64,000 bases of DNA from a virus: the IMG/VR virus record IMGVR_UViG_3300035034_002581. The stretch is one strand, 5' to 3'. The notes under the pieces are model-generated. The model saw nothing but the letters and a program-made list of their open reading frames with translations, had not been told where the DNA came from and did no database searches. Shown here piece by piece: positions 27,398 through 33,630 of the stretch. Numbering within the stretch: the stretch's first letter is position 1; each line of letters opens with the position of its first letter. The translations under genes and the position numbers were made by a program.

Positions 27398-27451
27398 AGG
27401 GGTTGCGATGGGAATATGTGTAAAAACTCACACTTCATCATCGCAACCCCT
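27398..27451 (-). terminator. Strong hairpin (13-bp perfect stem AGGGGTTGCGATG/CATCGCAACCCCT), probable terminator downstream of PP2C gene
   Basis: Perfect inverted repeat seen directly in sequence. Confidence 0.45.
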
Positions 27452-27622
27452 ACAAATCTGTAACATAGACGACTTTAGTTACTAGAACATCCTTAATTTC
27501 AAATCTCTAAAGAGAGAACGAATCGAACTTTCACTTTACAAAGAGAGGTCAAAACCCACTCAATCTGTCGCTTTATACTATGTCACAAAAATGGAATCTT
27601 CTTTAGAAAAATTACAGAAACG

Positions 27623-28258
27623 TCACCTCGAAAGGTCGACAACGATAGCAGTACAGTTGTCACTCGAGCCGTTTCGAAGCGCTTTGTCGCAAAGTGCTTT
27701 TGCAGGATCTTCACCACATTCAATTGCGTTAGTAATCTCTGTGTCCATCTCTTTAAGATTCATAAAGTCGTGGACACCGTCAGATGAGATGACAAAGCAC
27801 CCTGGATATATAGGAAGCTCAAAGTTGTCCACCACGGATAGAAATCCAACAGCATTTTTTAGCATGCTTCCTATGCCATGATCTACTGTCAAGAAACCAG
27901 CAGAACCCTGAGGATCTGACGGGAAATGGCTTATCCTTGTATCACCTGCGTGTGCAACTGAGATTGTGTTTTTGTCAGTGTCGAATAGACAAACTGTTGC
28001 AGTTGCTCCTCTATGATCTTTTTCTGCTAGGCATTCTATATTAGCTGCCCATAAAGCACCAACAATTTCGTCAAGGTTTTTTGCAGCTAATCCAACGTGA
28101 AAAACTACTTTCTCGGCAGCTTTATCACCATTTGGGTGACCGCCCATTCCATCAGAGACTGCACAAATTGTTCTAGTTTTTTCTTCCAACGGTTTGACGA
28201 GAAATCGATCTTCTTGATATCCTCTCTTGCCTTGCTGGGAATTTGTATAGACCTTCAT
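27623..28258 (-). CDS. PP2C-family Ser/Thr protein phosphatase
   Basis: RGYQEDRF..., AVSDGMGGH, GATATV and DG motifs of PPM/PP2C phosphatases; 211 aa. Confidence 0.75.
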   Translation of the reverse strand: MKVYTNSQQGKRGYQEDRFLVKPLEEKTRTICAVSDGMGGHPNGDKAAEKVVFHVGLAAKNLDEIVGALWAANIECLAEKDHRGATATVCLFDTDKNTISVAHAGDTRISHFPSDPQGSAGFLTVDHGIGSMLKNAVGFLSVVDNFELPIYPGCFVISSDGVHDFMNLKEMDTEITNAIECGEDPAKALCDKALRNGSSDNCTAIVVDLSR

Positions 28259-28311
28259 AGTTTTGTCCGTGTTACACTTTAAAATACCCTGCAGGTATCT
28301 TTGTGTTTAAA

Positions 28312-28388
28312 TGGAAGACCCCTAGGGATTCGAACCCTAACCTACCTGATTCAAAGTCAAGTGCTCTGCCGATTAAGCTAGAGGTCCA
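28312..28388 (-). tRNA. tRNA-Gln (anticodon TTG)
   Basis: Anticodon stem CTTGA/TCAGG, loop CTTTGAA; T-arm TAGGG-TTCGAAT-CCCTA; CCA encoded. Confidence 0.65.
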
Positions 28389-28392
28389 TTTG

Positions 28393-28668
28393 TTAACTTT
28401 CTTTGTTTTTTGATGCCAATCTTTCAAGTTCGAGTTCAAGGTCAGCATTCATCTGCTTTCGAATCCATCGCATGAATGTAATACCTTTTTCGTTTGCAGA
28501 AAAAAGTGGCGATGATCCTTGAGAATTAGTTGTATCACTAACTGGGATTGGGAACTTCCAGCCATCTTCACATTCATACCAAAGTGTACTATCTCGGAAG
28601 AATGAAAACTTGACATTTCCCTTTACTCTTGTCTTTAGTAGCGACTTATCACTTAATGAATCGGACAT
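28393..28668 (-). CDS. Hypothetical protein
   Basis: 91-aa ORF between tRNAs. Confidence 0.35.
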   Translation of the reverse strand: MSDSLSDKSLLKTRVKGNVKFSFFRDSTLWYECEDGWKFPIPVSDTTNSQGSSPLFSANEKGITFMRWIRKQMNADLELELERLASKNKES

Positions 28669-28681
28669 GTTATCTCCTAGA

Positions 28682-28755
28682 TGGTGCCAGAGATCGGACT
28701 CGAACCGATGTCGATGAGCGTATGAAGCTCACGAACGACCTACGAACAATGGCAT
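28682..28755 (-). tRNA. tRNA-Met-like (anticodon CAT), weak D-arm (possible elongator Met or degenerate copy)
   Basis: Perfect anticodon arm TGAGC-TTCATAC-GCTCA and T-arm ATCGG-TTCGAGT-CCGAT, acceptor 5/7 paired. Confidence 0.4.
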
Positions 28756-28762
28756 GTTAAAA

Positions 28763-28838
28763 TGGCGATCCCCGGCAGATTTGAACTGCGATCTCTTCAT
28801 AGACAGTGAAGTATGTTAGCCATTACACCACGAGGACC
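28763..28838 (-). tRNA. tRNA-Asp (anticodon GTC)
   Basis: Anticodon arm CTTCA-CTGTCTA-TGAAG, T-arm GGCAG-TTCAAAT-CTGCC, CCA encoded. Confidence 0.65.
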
Positions 28839-28844
28839 TTAAAA

Positions 28845-28916
28845 TGGAGCGGAAAACGAGAGTCGAACTCGCCTGCAACAGGGTGGAAACCTAGAGCGTC
28901 GCCATTGACCTTCCGC
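28845..28916 (-). tRNA. tRNA-Gly (anticodon TCC), short
   Basis: Acceptor GCGGAAG/TTTCCGC, anticodon loop TTTCCAC, T-arm GCGAG-TTCGACT-CTCGT. Confidence 0.55.
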
Positions 28917-29300
28917 AAAAGTTGCTGTCTCTCCAGCAGTCACGACTAGATCTGAAAAACGTCCGTCGTTCGAGGTTGTAAGTTACTGATGTGTCGAATT
29001 GTTATCTTTGTGCTCCAGGATTTCCAAACGTGCGAGTCTCATTGTTACTTGAAATGCCAGATTTTCCATTGTCTCTTTCGTACCTTCTAGATTTTGAACC
29101 ACTGGAAGCTCCAAAAAAGCCTTAGCTCCGGTAGTATCATCAATACCTTCATCCTCACACTTCCTTAGATGTAACTTTGCTTTGTTAGCTTCATCACGTA
29201 AAGTACGAAAATGACTACAGATGGAGCTCCATCCCGTATCGAAACGAGCATGCTGCAGTACAAAAGCAGACTAGGTGCCTACATGGAGCATTAGATTGGA

Positions 29301-29363
29301 TTAGGCAGCTGCCAAACCCATAACGATTACAATTACGATGAGTGCGATTGAAATACCAACCAT
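29301..29363 (-). other. Possible 20-aa hydrophobic micropeptide ORF (MVGISIALIVIVIVMGLAAA) with purine-rich RBS
   Basis: ATG preceded by GAGAGAGAAAAA; lies in 475-bp ORF-free gap between tRNAs; speculative. Confidence 0.15.
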
Positions 29364-29392
29364 TTTTCTCTCTCTTTGTTTTTTGTTAAAAG

Positions 29393-29467
29393 TGGCCGGC
29401 TCCGGCGGTTACGATCCGCATACTCCGGGGTGACAACCCGACGTGTTCCCATTACACCACGAAGCCG
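29393..29467 (-). tRNA. tRNA-Asp-like second copy (anticodon GTC), GC-rich, atypical T-loop ATCGTAA
   Basis: Anticodon arm TCGGG-TTGTCAC-CCCGG; acceptor CGGCTTC/GGAGCCG; CCA encoded. Confidence 0.45.
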
Positions 29468-29475
29468 AAAAATTG

Positions 29476-29766
29476 TTACTTAATAGGAAGCTTTCCGAAC
29501 TTTAACACAGCTTTCTCTTTCTTGCTGAGCCATACTGGTCGCCAGCCGCTTTCTGCTGTGAAGTTGTTCGTGGGCTTGTTCATGAACTCTTGAGCTTCTT
29601 TGCAAGTTTCAAACTGTACTATGTTTGGATCTGAAGATGATTTAGCGTAGTCAAAACTTGGTCCCCACGGCTCAGATGCATCGTAATTAGCTCTAAGGAA
29701 CTTCTTGCGCTCTTCATGGTACAACGTCCAAAACTCGATTGAATTTTCAAACTCAAGATCATTCAT
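29476..29766 (-). CDS. Hypothetical protein
   Basis: 96-aa ORF. Confidence 0.35.
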   Translation of the reverse strand: MNDLEFENSIEFWTLYHEERKKFLRANYDASEPWGPSFDYAKSSSDPNIVQFETCKEAQEFMNKPTNNFTAESGWRPVWLSKKEKAVLKFGKLPIK

Positions 29767-29784
29767 TTTCTTTCCTGATTAAAT

Positions 29785-29856
29785 TGGTTGCAGCGGTTGG
29801 AATCGAACCAACACCAGTAGGGTTATGAGCCGTACTTGTGACCTTCACTCACTGCG
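29785..29856 (-). tRNA. Initiator-like tRNA-Met (anticodon CAT) with C1xA72 mismatch and short D-loop
   Basis: Anticodon arm TACGG-CTCATAA-CCCTA (GG/CC pairs next to the loop, as in fMet), unpaired C1/A72 with A73, T-arm GTTGG-TTCGATT-CCAAC; D-arm irregular. Confidence 0.4.
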
Positions 29857-29862
29857 ATAAAA

Positions 29863-29938
29863 TGGTAGGATGCCTCGGCAACGATCCGAGATCTGACGGT
29901 TTAAAAGACCGGCGCTCTGCCAATTGAGCTAACATCCT
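29863..29938 (-). tRNA. tRNA-Lys (anticodon TTT)
   Basis: Acceptor AGGATGT/GCATCCT, D GCTC/GAGC, anticodon loop CTTTTAA, CCA encoded. Confidence 0.6.
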
Positions 29939-29944
29939 ACAAGA

Positions 29945-30020
29945 TGGTAGACAGCCAGGGTAACGATCCCTGCACAAATACCTTATCAGAGTACTCAGCA
30001 CAACCTGTGACTCACTGTCT
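29945..30020 (-). tRNA. tRNA-Ile (anticodon GAT)
   Basis: Anticodon arm GTACT-CTGATAA-GGTAT (with G-U pairs), T-arm CAGGG-ATCGTTA-CCCTG. Confidence 0.5.
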
Positions 30021-30024
30021 AAAA

Positions 30025-30101
30025 TGGGGTCCATGACGAGGATCAAACTCGCAACCTCCGGGGACACAACCCAGCGCTCTTTCACTTGAGCTTCATGAAC
30101 C
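30025..30101 (-). tRNA. tRNA-His (anticodon GTG) with encoded G-1 opposite C73
   Basis: Extra 5' G before acceptor GTTCATG, discriminator C, anticodon loop TTGTGTC. Confidence 0.65.
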
Positions 30102-30114
30102 ATAACTGTTAAAG

Positions 30115-30189
30115 TGGTACTGACGACGGGGTTCGAACCCGCACAGCCTTGGGTGAAAACCAAGGAGACTTACATTATCCTACGTCAGC
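30115..30189 (-). tRNA. tRNA-Glu (anticodon TTC)
   Basis: Anticodon arm CTTGG-TTTTCAC-CCAAG perfect; T-arm GCGGG-TTCGAAC-CCCGT. Confidence 0.65.
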
Positions 30190-30195
30190 ATGAAA

Positions 30196-30270
30196 TGGAG
30201 CCCCCGAACGGATTCAAACCGATGACCTGCGCGTTACAAAGGCGCTGCTCTATCACTGAGCTACAGGGGC
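30196..30270 (-). tRNA. tRNA-Thr (anticodon TGT)
   Basis: Acceptor GCCCCTG, D GCTC-AGTGATA-GAGC, anticodon loop TTTGTAA. Confidence 0.6.
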
Positions 30271-30366
30271 ATAAGGTGAGTTAGGAAGCATTTAAGCTTG
30301 TCCTAACTTGTTTATTATATCTTCTTTAGAAGATTTTTACATTTTTCTGTCATTTTATTTTTGAGA

Positions 30367-30443
30367 TGGTGTGAGCGGTGATAATCGAAATCACAACCTT
30401 CGGGACCACAACCCGGTGCTCTGCCACTTGAGCTACGCCCACC
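30367..30443 (-). tRNA. tRNA-His second copy (anticodon GTG), G-1 encoded but discriminator A73
   Basis: Acceptor GTGGGCG/CGCTCAC, anticodon loop TTGTGGT, T-arm GTGAT-TTCGATT-ATCAC. Confidence 0.55.
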
Positions 30444-30517
30444 ATATGCGCGTTTTTGATTAAGAGGCCCTTATGTAACCAAGGGGCTAGATGACCAAAA
30501 ACGCCAATTTGTTTAAA

Positions 30518-30593
30518 TGGAGCAGGTAGCGGGCCTCGAACCCGCAACATTCAGCTTGGAAGGCTGACACTCTACCAATTGAGTTATACCTGC
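30518..30593 (-). tRNA. tRNA-Gly (anticodon TCC), second copy
   Basis: Anticodon arm TCAGC-CTTCCAA-GCTGA perfect; T-arm GCGGG-TTCGAGG-CCCGC. Confidence 0.6.
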
Positions 30594-30599
30594 AAAGAA

Positions 30600-30674
30600 T
30601 GGTTACCGACCTGGGATTCGAACCCAGACAACACAGATTCAGAGTCTGTAGCACTGCCAATTATGCTAGTCGGC
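30600..30674 (-). tRNA. tRNA-Gln (anticodon CTG)
   Basis: Anticodon arm ACAGA-CTCTGAA-TCTGT perfect; one extra A before CCA. Confidence 0.55.
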
Positions 30675-30689
30675 ATTAAAGATGAAAAA

Positions 30690-30765
30690 TGGAGCTGCGA
30701 ACGGGTTACGATCCCGTCTCTTCCTGGCTGAGAACCAAGACGAATTCCCAATATTCGACCGCAGC
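30690..30765 (-). tRNA. tRNA-Glu (anticodon CTC)
   Basis: Acceptor GCTGCGG, D GAAT/ATTC, anticodon arm CTTGG-TTCTCAG-CCAGG, T-loop ATCGTAA. Confidence 0.5.
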
Positions 30766-30772
30766 ATGAATT

Positions 30773-30843
30773 GCTAAGATATTCAAAGGAGTCGAACCAA
30801 CATCGAGGAGCTACCTCGCCCGCCTTCGGGTTATTATCTTAGC
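30773..30843 (-). other. tRNA-like structured element without encoded CCA (9-bp closing stem GCTAAGATA/TATCTTAGC enclosing three hairpins and a GGTTCGACTCC T-loop-like motif)
   Basis: Long-range inverted repeat and internal hairpins (CCCG-AAGG-CGGG; CGAGG-TAGCT-CCTCG) seen in sequence; no canonical cloverleaf. Confidence 0.3.
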
Positions 30844-30847
30844 AAAA

Positions 30848-30924
30848 TGGCAGGCCCCCTGGGAATCGAACCCAGCACACTCGGATTTGGAATCCAAGTC
30901 GCCTTGCCTTGGAACATGGGGACC
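30848..30924 (-). tRNA. tRNA-Trp (anticodon CCA)
   Basis: Anticodon arm TTGGA-TTCCAAA-TCCGA, T-arm CTGGG-TTCGATT-CCCAG. Confidence 0.65.
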
Positions 30925-30929
30925 TAAAA

Positions 30930-31010
30930 TGGAGCAGGTGACGAGAATCGAACTCGCCATGCTTTCGCGCCGGACTGGCAGACCGGACCCTCACCTTGAG
31001 GAACACCTGC
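30930..31010 (-). tRNA. Atypical tRNA, Gly-like GCC anticodon in 9-nt loop between CCGG/CCGG stem, with small GCGAAAGC variable hairpin
   Basis: Perfect acceptor GCAGGTG/CACCTGC and T-arm GCGAG-TTCGATT-CTCGT; anticodon region irregular. Confidence 0.4.
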
Positions 31011-31016
31011 AAAAAT

Positions 31017-31100
31017 GGTATGGGTGATGAGATTTGAACTCATACTAAGCAGCTTCCAGTGTTTATCTTCTAAATCCATTGCTGCTTGTTCTCTTTTCTT
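31017..31100 (-). other. tRNA-derived fragment / pseudo-tRNA (3' half intact, no matching 5' acceptor strand)
   Basis: Encoded CCA, acceptor 3' strand and T-arm ATGAG-TTCAAAT-CTCAT present, followed by GCAGC...GCTGC stem with 27-nt loop. Confidence 0.3.
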
Positions 31101-31104
31101 AAAA

Positions 31105-31194
31105 TGGCGGGACGGATAAGATTTGAACTTATGATGGGGATTTCTCCACGAGAGGTTAACAGCCTCTTGCCTTCGACCGCTCGGCCACCGACCC
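31105..31194 (-). tRNA. Type-II (long variable arm, Tyr/Ser-like body) tRNA carrying Asn anticodon GTT, discriminator G73
   Basis: D-arm GCCGAGCGGTCGAAGGC (class II type), perfect anticodon arm AGAGG-CTGTTAA-CCTCT, about 18-nt variable region, T-arm ATAAG-TTCAAAT-CTTAT. Confidence 0.55.
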
Positions 31195-31204
31195 TAAGAT
31201 TTTT

Positions 31205-31438
31205 TTATGACTCGTATCGTTTTCTATTTGACTTAATCCAAGCTTTGGCACGCCCTCGAGTCTTAAACCCTTGACTTGTCATTTTTGGAAAGCATTCTTT
31301 TAAAGACCCTGAAGAATCTAGCTGATAGATAAACCACATGTTGGTGTCATGGTCAAACTCGATGTAGGCATTGAACTTATCACTACCTGACGACATGTTT
31401 CCGTCTGTCCAATCGGGTTCTAACTTATTGTCGAACAT
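31205..31438 (-). CDS. Hypothetical protein
   Basis: 77-aa ORF between tRNAs. Confidence 0.35.
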   Translation of the reverse strand: MFDNKLEPDWTDGNMSSGSDKFNAYIEFDHDTNMWFIYQLDSSGSLKECFPKMTSQGFKTRGRAKAWIKSNRKRYES

Positions 31439-31456
31439 TTTGTTCTCTTGTTAAAA

Positions 31457-31532
31457 TGGTGGACTGCATGGGGTTCGAACCCATCATTTCTCGGTTAAGA
31501 GCCGAGTGCCTCGCCACAGATGCGTGCAATCC
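31457..31532 (-). tRNA. tRNA-Lys (anticodon CTT)
   Basis: Anticodon arm CTCGG-CTCTTAA-CCGAG perfect; T-arm ATGGG-TTCGAAC-CCCAT. Confidence 0.65.
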
Positions 31533-31538
31533 AGAAAA

Positions 31539-31611
31539 TGGTCGAAGGTCTGGGTGTCGAACCCAGCAAGAGAAGCTTCCAAGGCCCCGCCCGCACCCCG
31601 CTGTACCCTCG
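31539..31611 (-). tRNA. tRNA-Pro (anticodon TGG), G-rich D region
   Basis: Anticodon arm GGGGC-CTTGGAA-GCTTC (G-U pairs), T-arm CTGGG-TTCGACA-CCCAG. Confidence 0.5.
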
Positions 31612-31618
31612 AGGAAAA

Positions 31619-31693
31619 TGGCACACCCACAGGGATTCGAACCCCGATCGACCGGTTCGTAGCCGGTTACTCTATCCATTGAGCTATAGGTGC
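31619..31693 (-). tRNA. tRNA-Arg (anticodon ACG)
   Basis: Anticodon arm ACCGG-CTACGAA-CCGGT perfect; D GCTC-AATGGATA-GAGT. Confidence 0.7.
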
Positions 31694-31699
31694 ATGAAG

Positions 31700-31773
31700 T
31701 GGTAGAACGAATCAGATTTGAACTGATATCTGCTTGGATGTCGACCAAGCGCTTTCCATTAAGCTATCGTTCC
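31700..31773 (-). tRNA. tRNA-Val (anticodon GAC)
   Basis: Anticodon arm CTTGG-TCGACAT-CCAAG; acceptor GGAACGA/TCGTTCT. Confidence 0.6.
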
Positions 31774-31838
31774 ATGATGTTGTTTTGATGTATCTATTAT
31801 ATCAGGATGCTGATTAATTTACACATCTTCGATTATTT

Positions 31839-32207
31839 TTATTCGTCAAAAAGTGTTCTGAAGTTCGGGCTTGTGAGTAATGCGCTGAACATTTGTTCTA
31901 TTTCACTTTCTGATACGCGCTTGCCCTGCTTGAGAATCTTTTCAAAACTACCTAGTAATCCAGTGTAGCCGGCAGAATGATGACCAGAACTGAGTATTCC
32001 TTGATAAATAGCGTCTACCAAAATTGCGAACTTTTCACTTGAACGAGCAGCTGCTTGTGAAGATGCTCCTCTTTGAACTTTTTCGCCATAATCTGCGGGC
32101 ATTTTTGAGTACCCACGAGTTTTATCAAACTCTGAATCGCCGACAGCTTCTAGAACTTCTAGTTCTTCCTTAATGATCTGTCTTAGCTTCCCTCTGGATA
32201 TCTTCAT
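31839..32207 (-). CDS. Small protein, member of N-terminal K..L..IIKEEL motif family
   Basis: Starts MKISRGKLRQIIKEELEVLEAV; shares N-terminal motif with 37631..37987, 51467..51832, 51848..52213, 52885..53520, 54170..54496. Confidence 0.5.
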   Translation of the reverse strand: MKISRGKLRQIIKEELEVLEAVGDSEFDKTRGYSKMPADYGEKVQRGASSQAAARSSEKFAILVDAIYQGILSSGHHSAGYTGLLGSFEKILKQGKRVSESEIEQMFSALLTSPNFRTLFDE

Positions 32208-32278
32208 TGTTTACAACCTTTGTTGTTGAGTTCAATGATACATATCTTTCTTTTTCGCAAAGGGCGAAACTTTTAAAA

Positions 32279-32354
32279 TGGTACACTCGCTAGGAATCGA
32301 ACCCAGATCTGATCGGGTAGAAACCGACCGCATTATCCCTTATGCTACGAGTGT
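32279..32354 (-). tRNA. tRNA-Arg (anticodon TCT)
   Basis: Anticodon arm GTCGG-TTTCTAC-CCGAT; T-arm CTGGG-TTCGATT-CCTAG. Confidence 0.6.
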
Positions 32355-32361
32355 ATATGTA

Positions 32362-32721
32362 TTATATATCAATAAAATCGCTTTGATCAAGTCGCATAGC
32401 TTCTTTCTCGTCATCAATTCTACTTTGTATGTATGCTTGCTGTTCCTCTTCACCAGCTCTAATCTCTCGATTTGATGCATCAAGATACTCTTCATAATCC
32501 CATCCGAGATTAGCAGCCACAGCTACTTGATGGACTCGAAGCTCTTTAGGGGTCATTTCTCCTGTTGCTAATTTTGCTGCTTTTTCGATGTAAAGATCAA
32601 GAAGCGCATCTCGTAGTTCGTCAAGAGATCCTTTTCTGACAAGCGCGAGGCTTTCAATTGTCTCTCTAATTAGCATGCGAACTCGATTCTGTGTTGTATT
32701 GTAGCTCATACATCTAAGCAT
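32362..32721 (-). CDS. Hypothetical protein (weak member of the IIKEEL-like family: RMLIRETIESL)
   Basis: 119-aa ORF between tRNAs. Confidence 0.35.
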   Translation of the reverse strand: MLRCMSYNTTQNRVRMLIRETIESLALVRKGSLDELRDALLDLYIEKAAKLATGEMTPKELRVHQVAVAANLGWDYEEYLDASNREIRAGEEEQQAYIQSRIDDEKEAMRLDQSDFIDI

Positions 32722-32749
32722 ATCTACATCTGGCTTGTTTTGGTTAAAA

Positions 32750-32824
32750 TGGCGCGCCGAGCGAGACTTGAACTCACATCTTTTAGGTTAACAGCCTAAC
32801 GTTTTGCATTAATACTATCGACGC
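32750..32824 (-). tRNA. tRNA-Asn (anticodon GTT), canonical class I
   Basis: Anticodon arm TTAGG-CTGTTAA-CCTAA perfect; acceptor GCGTCGA/TCGGCGC. Confidence 0.65.
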
Positions 32825-32904
32825 ATCTCGGAATGGAACCAGTTTTTAAGTGGATTGACTAGCACAAAGTCAACTTACGTCCTAAAGGGTCTCCGCAACC
32901 TTAA

Positions 32905-32979
32905 TGGTACTCCGTAGGGGAATCGAACCCCTCTTACCGGTGTGAAAAACCAGCGTCCTAGCCGCTAGACGAACGGAGC
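32905..32979 (-). tRNA. tRNA-Glu (anticodon TTC), second copy
   Basis: Glu-like D-arm GTCTAGCGGCTAGGAC, anticodon arm CTGGT-TTTTCAC-ACCGG, T-arm AGGGG-TTCGATT-CCCCT. Confidence 0.65.
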
Positions 32980-33104
32980 AAAAAGTAGCTGATCGCGCCG
33001 CGACGTCCCTCACCGAGAAATGGTAAGGCTGTTCGACCACCAGCACTGGCTAACCACCAGCTGTTTCTGTAATTATTCGTATAGAGATGTCAAAGAAGCG
33101 AAAA

Positions 33105-33195
33105 TGGTGGGCCGCCTGGGATTCGAACCCAGGATGGTGCTTTCACACGTCGGATTAAAAGTCCGGACCCTTCGGCCAACTCGGGACAGCGACCC
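33105..33195 (-). tRNA. Type-II (long variable arm) tRNA carrying Lys anticodon TTT, discriminator A73
   Basis: Class II D-arm TCCCGAGTTGGCCGAAGGG, anticodon arm CCGGA-CTTTTAA-TCCGA (4 bp + C.A), long variable region CGTGTGAAAGCACCATC, T-arm CTGGG-TTCGAAT-CCCAG, acceptor GGGTCGC/GCGGCCC. Confidence 0.5.
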
Positions 33196-33570
33196 ATTAG
33201 TTGTCTGCATTGTTAAATGCAAGTCGTTTTAGTATCTAAGTATCAAAGAACGGTTCTAGCTTAGCTAGAGGTGAGCTTTCTTGATTGGCCGTGAAGGCTA
33301 TCTAGCTCTTTATCTGGTCCTGCCGGGATTCGTAATTCGCTTTCGCGTTTTATTCCCCGGCCAGGTATCAGTATGTTCTTTGCCTTGATTTGTCGGTTGC
33401 ATAGACTCAAGGAACATACCGGGCTGGCGTTCATCATTCCAGCGATTTGTTCCTTGAAGTGTCATGTTGCTTCCGTTTTTAATTGAGTTACTAGAAGGTT
33501 TGTTGTTACCCTTCCAATAATGTAACTATATCCTAACCATATCAAAAGTACATAAAAATTTGCAAAAAAT

Positions 33571-33612
33571 GTGGGTGAGTGGAAAAATTTTGTAGTAGTT
33601 CCACTCACCCAC
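33571..33612 (-). terminator. Rho-independent terminator downstream of MVP-like gene (12-bp stem GGGTGAGTGGAA/TTCCACTCACCC followed on the minus strand by ATTTTTTGCAAATTTTTAT)
   Basis: Perfect inverted repeat plus T-rich tract on the transcribed strand. Confidence 0.6.
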
Positions 33613-33630
33613 GAATAGCAATTGGCTCCC

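Noticed and set aside
32825-32904. Possible tRNA between tRNA-Asn and tRNA-Glu
   Set aside because: No TTCGAA-type T-loop and no acceptor pairing; only a 5-bp hairpin TTGAC/GTCAA with a 10-nt loop.
33021-33100. tRNA-like start (AAATGGTAAGGCTGTTCGACCACCAGC) before the class-II Lys tRNA
   Set aside because: It has only a T-loop-like GGTCGAACAGC and a CCAGCTGG palindrome; no acceptor or anticodon arms. Likely a remnant or hairpin rather than a gene.
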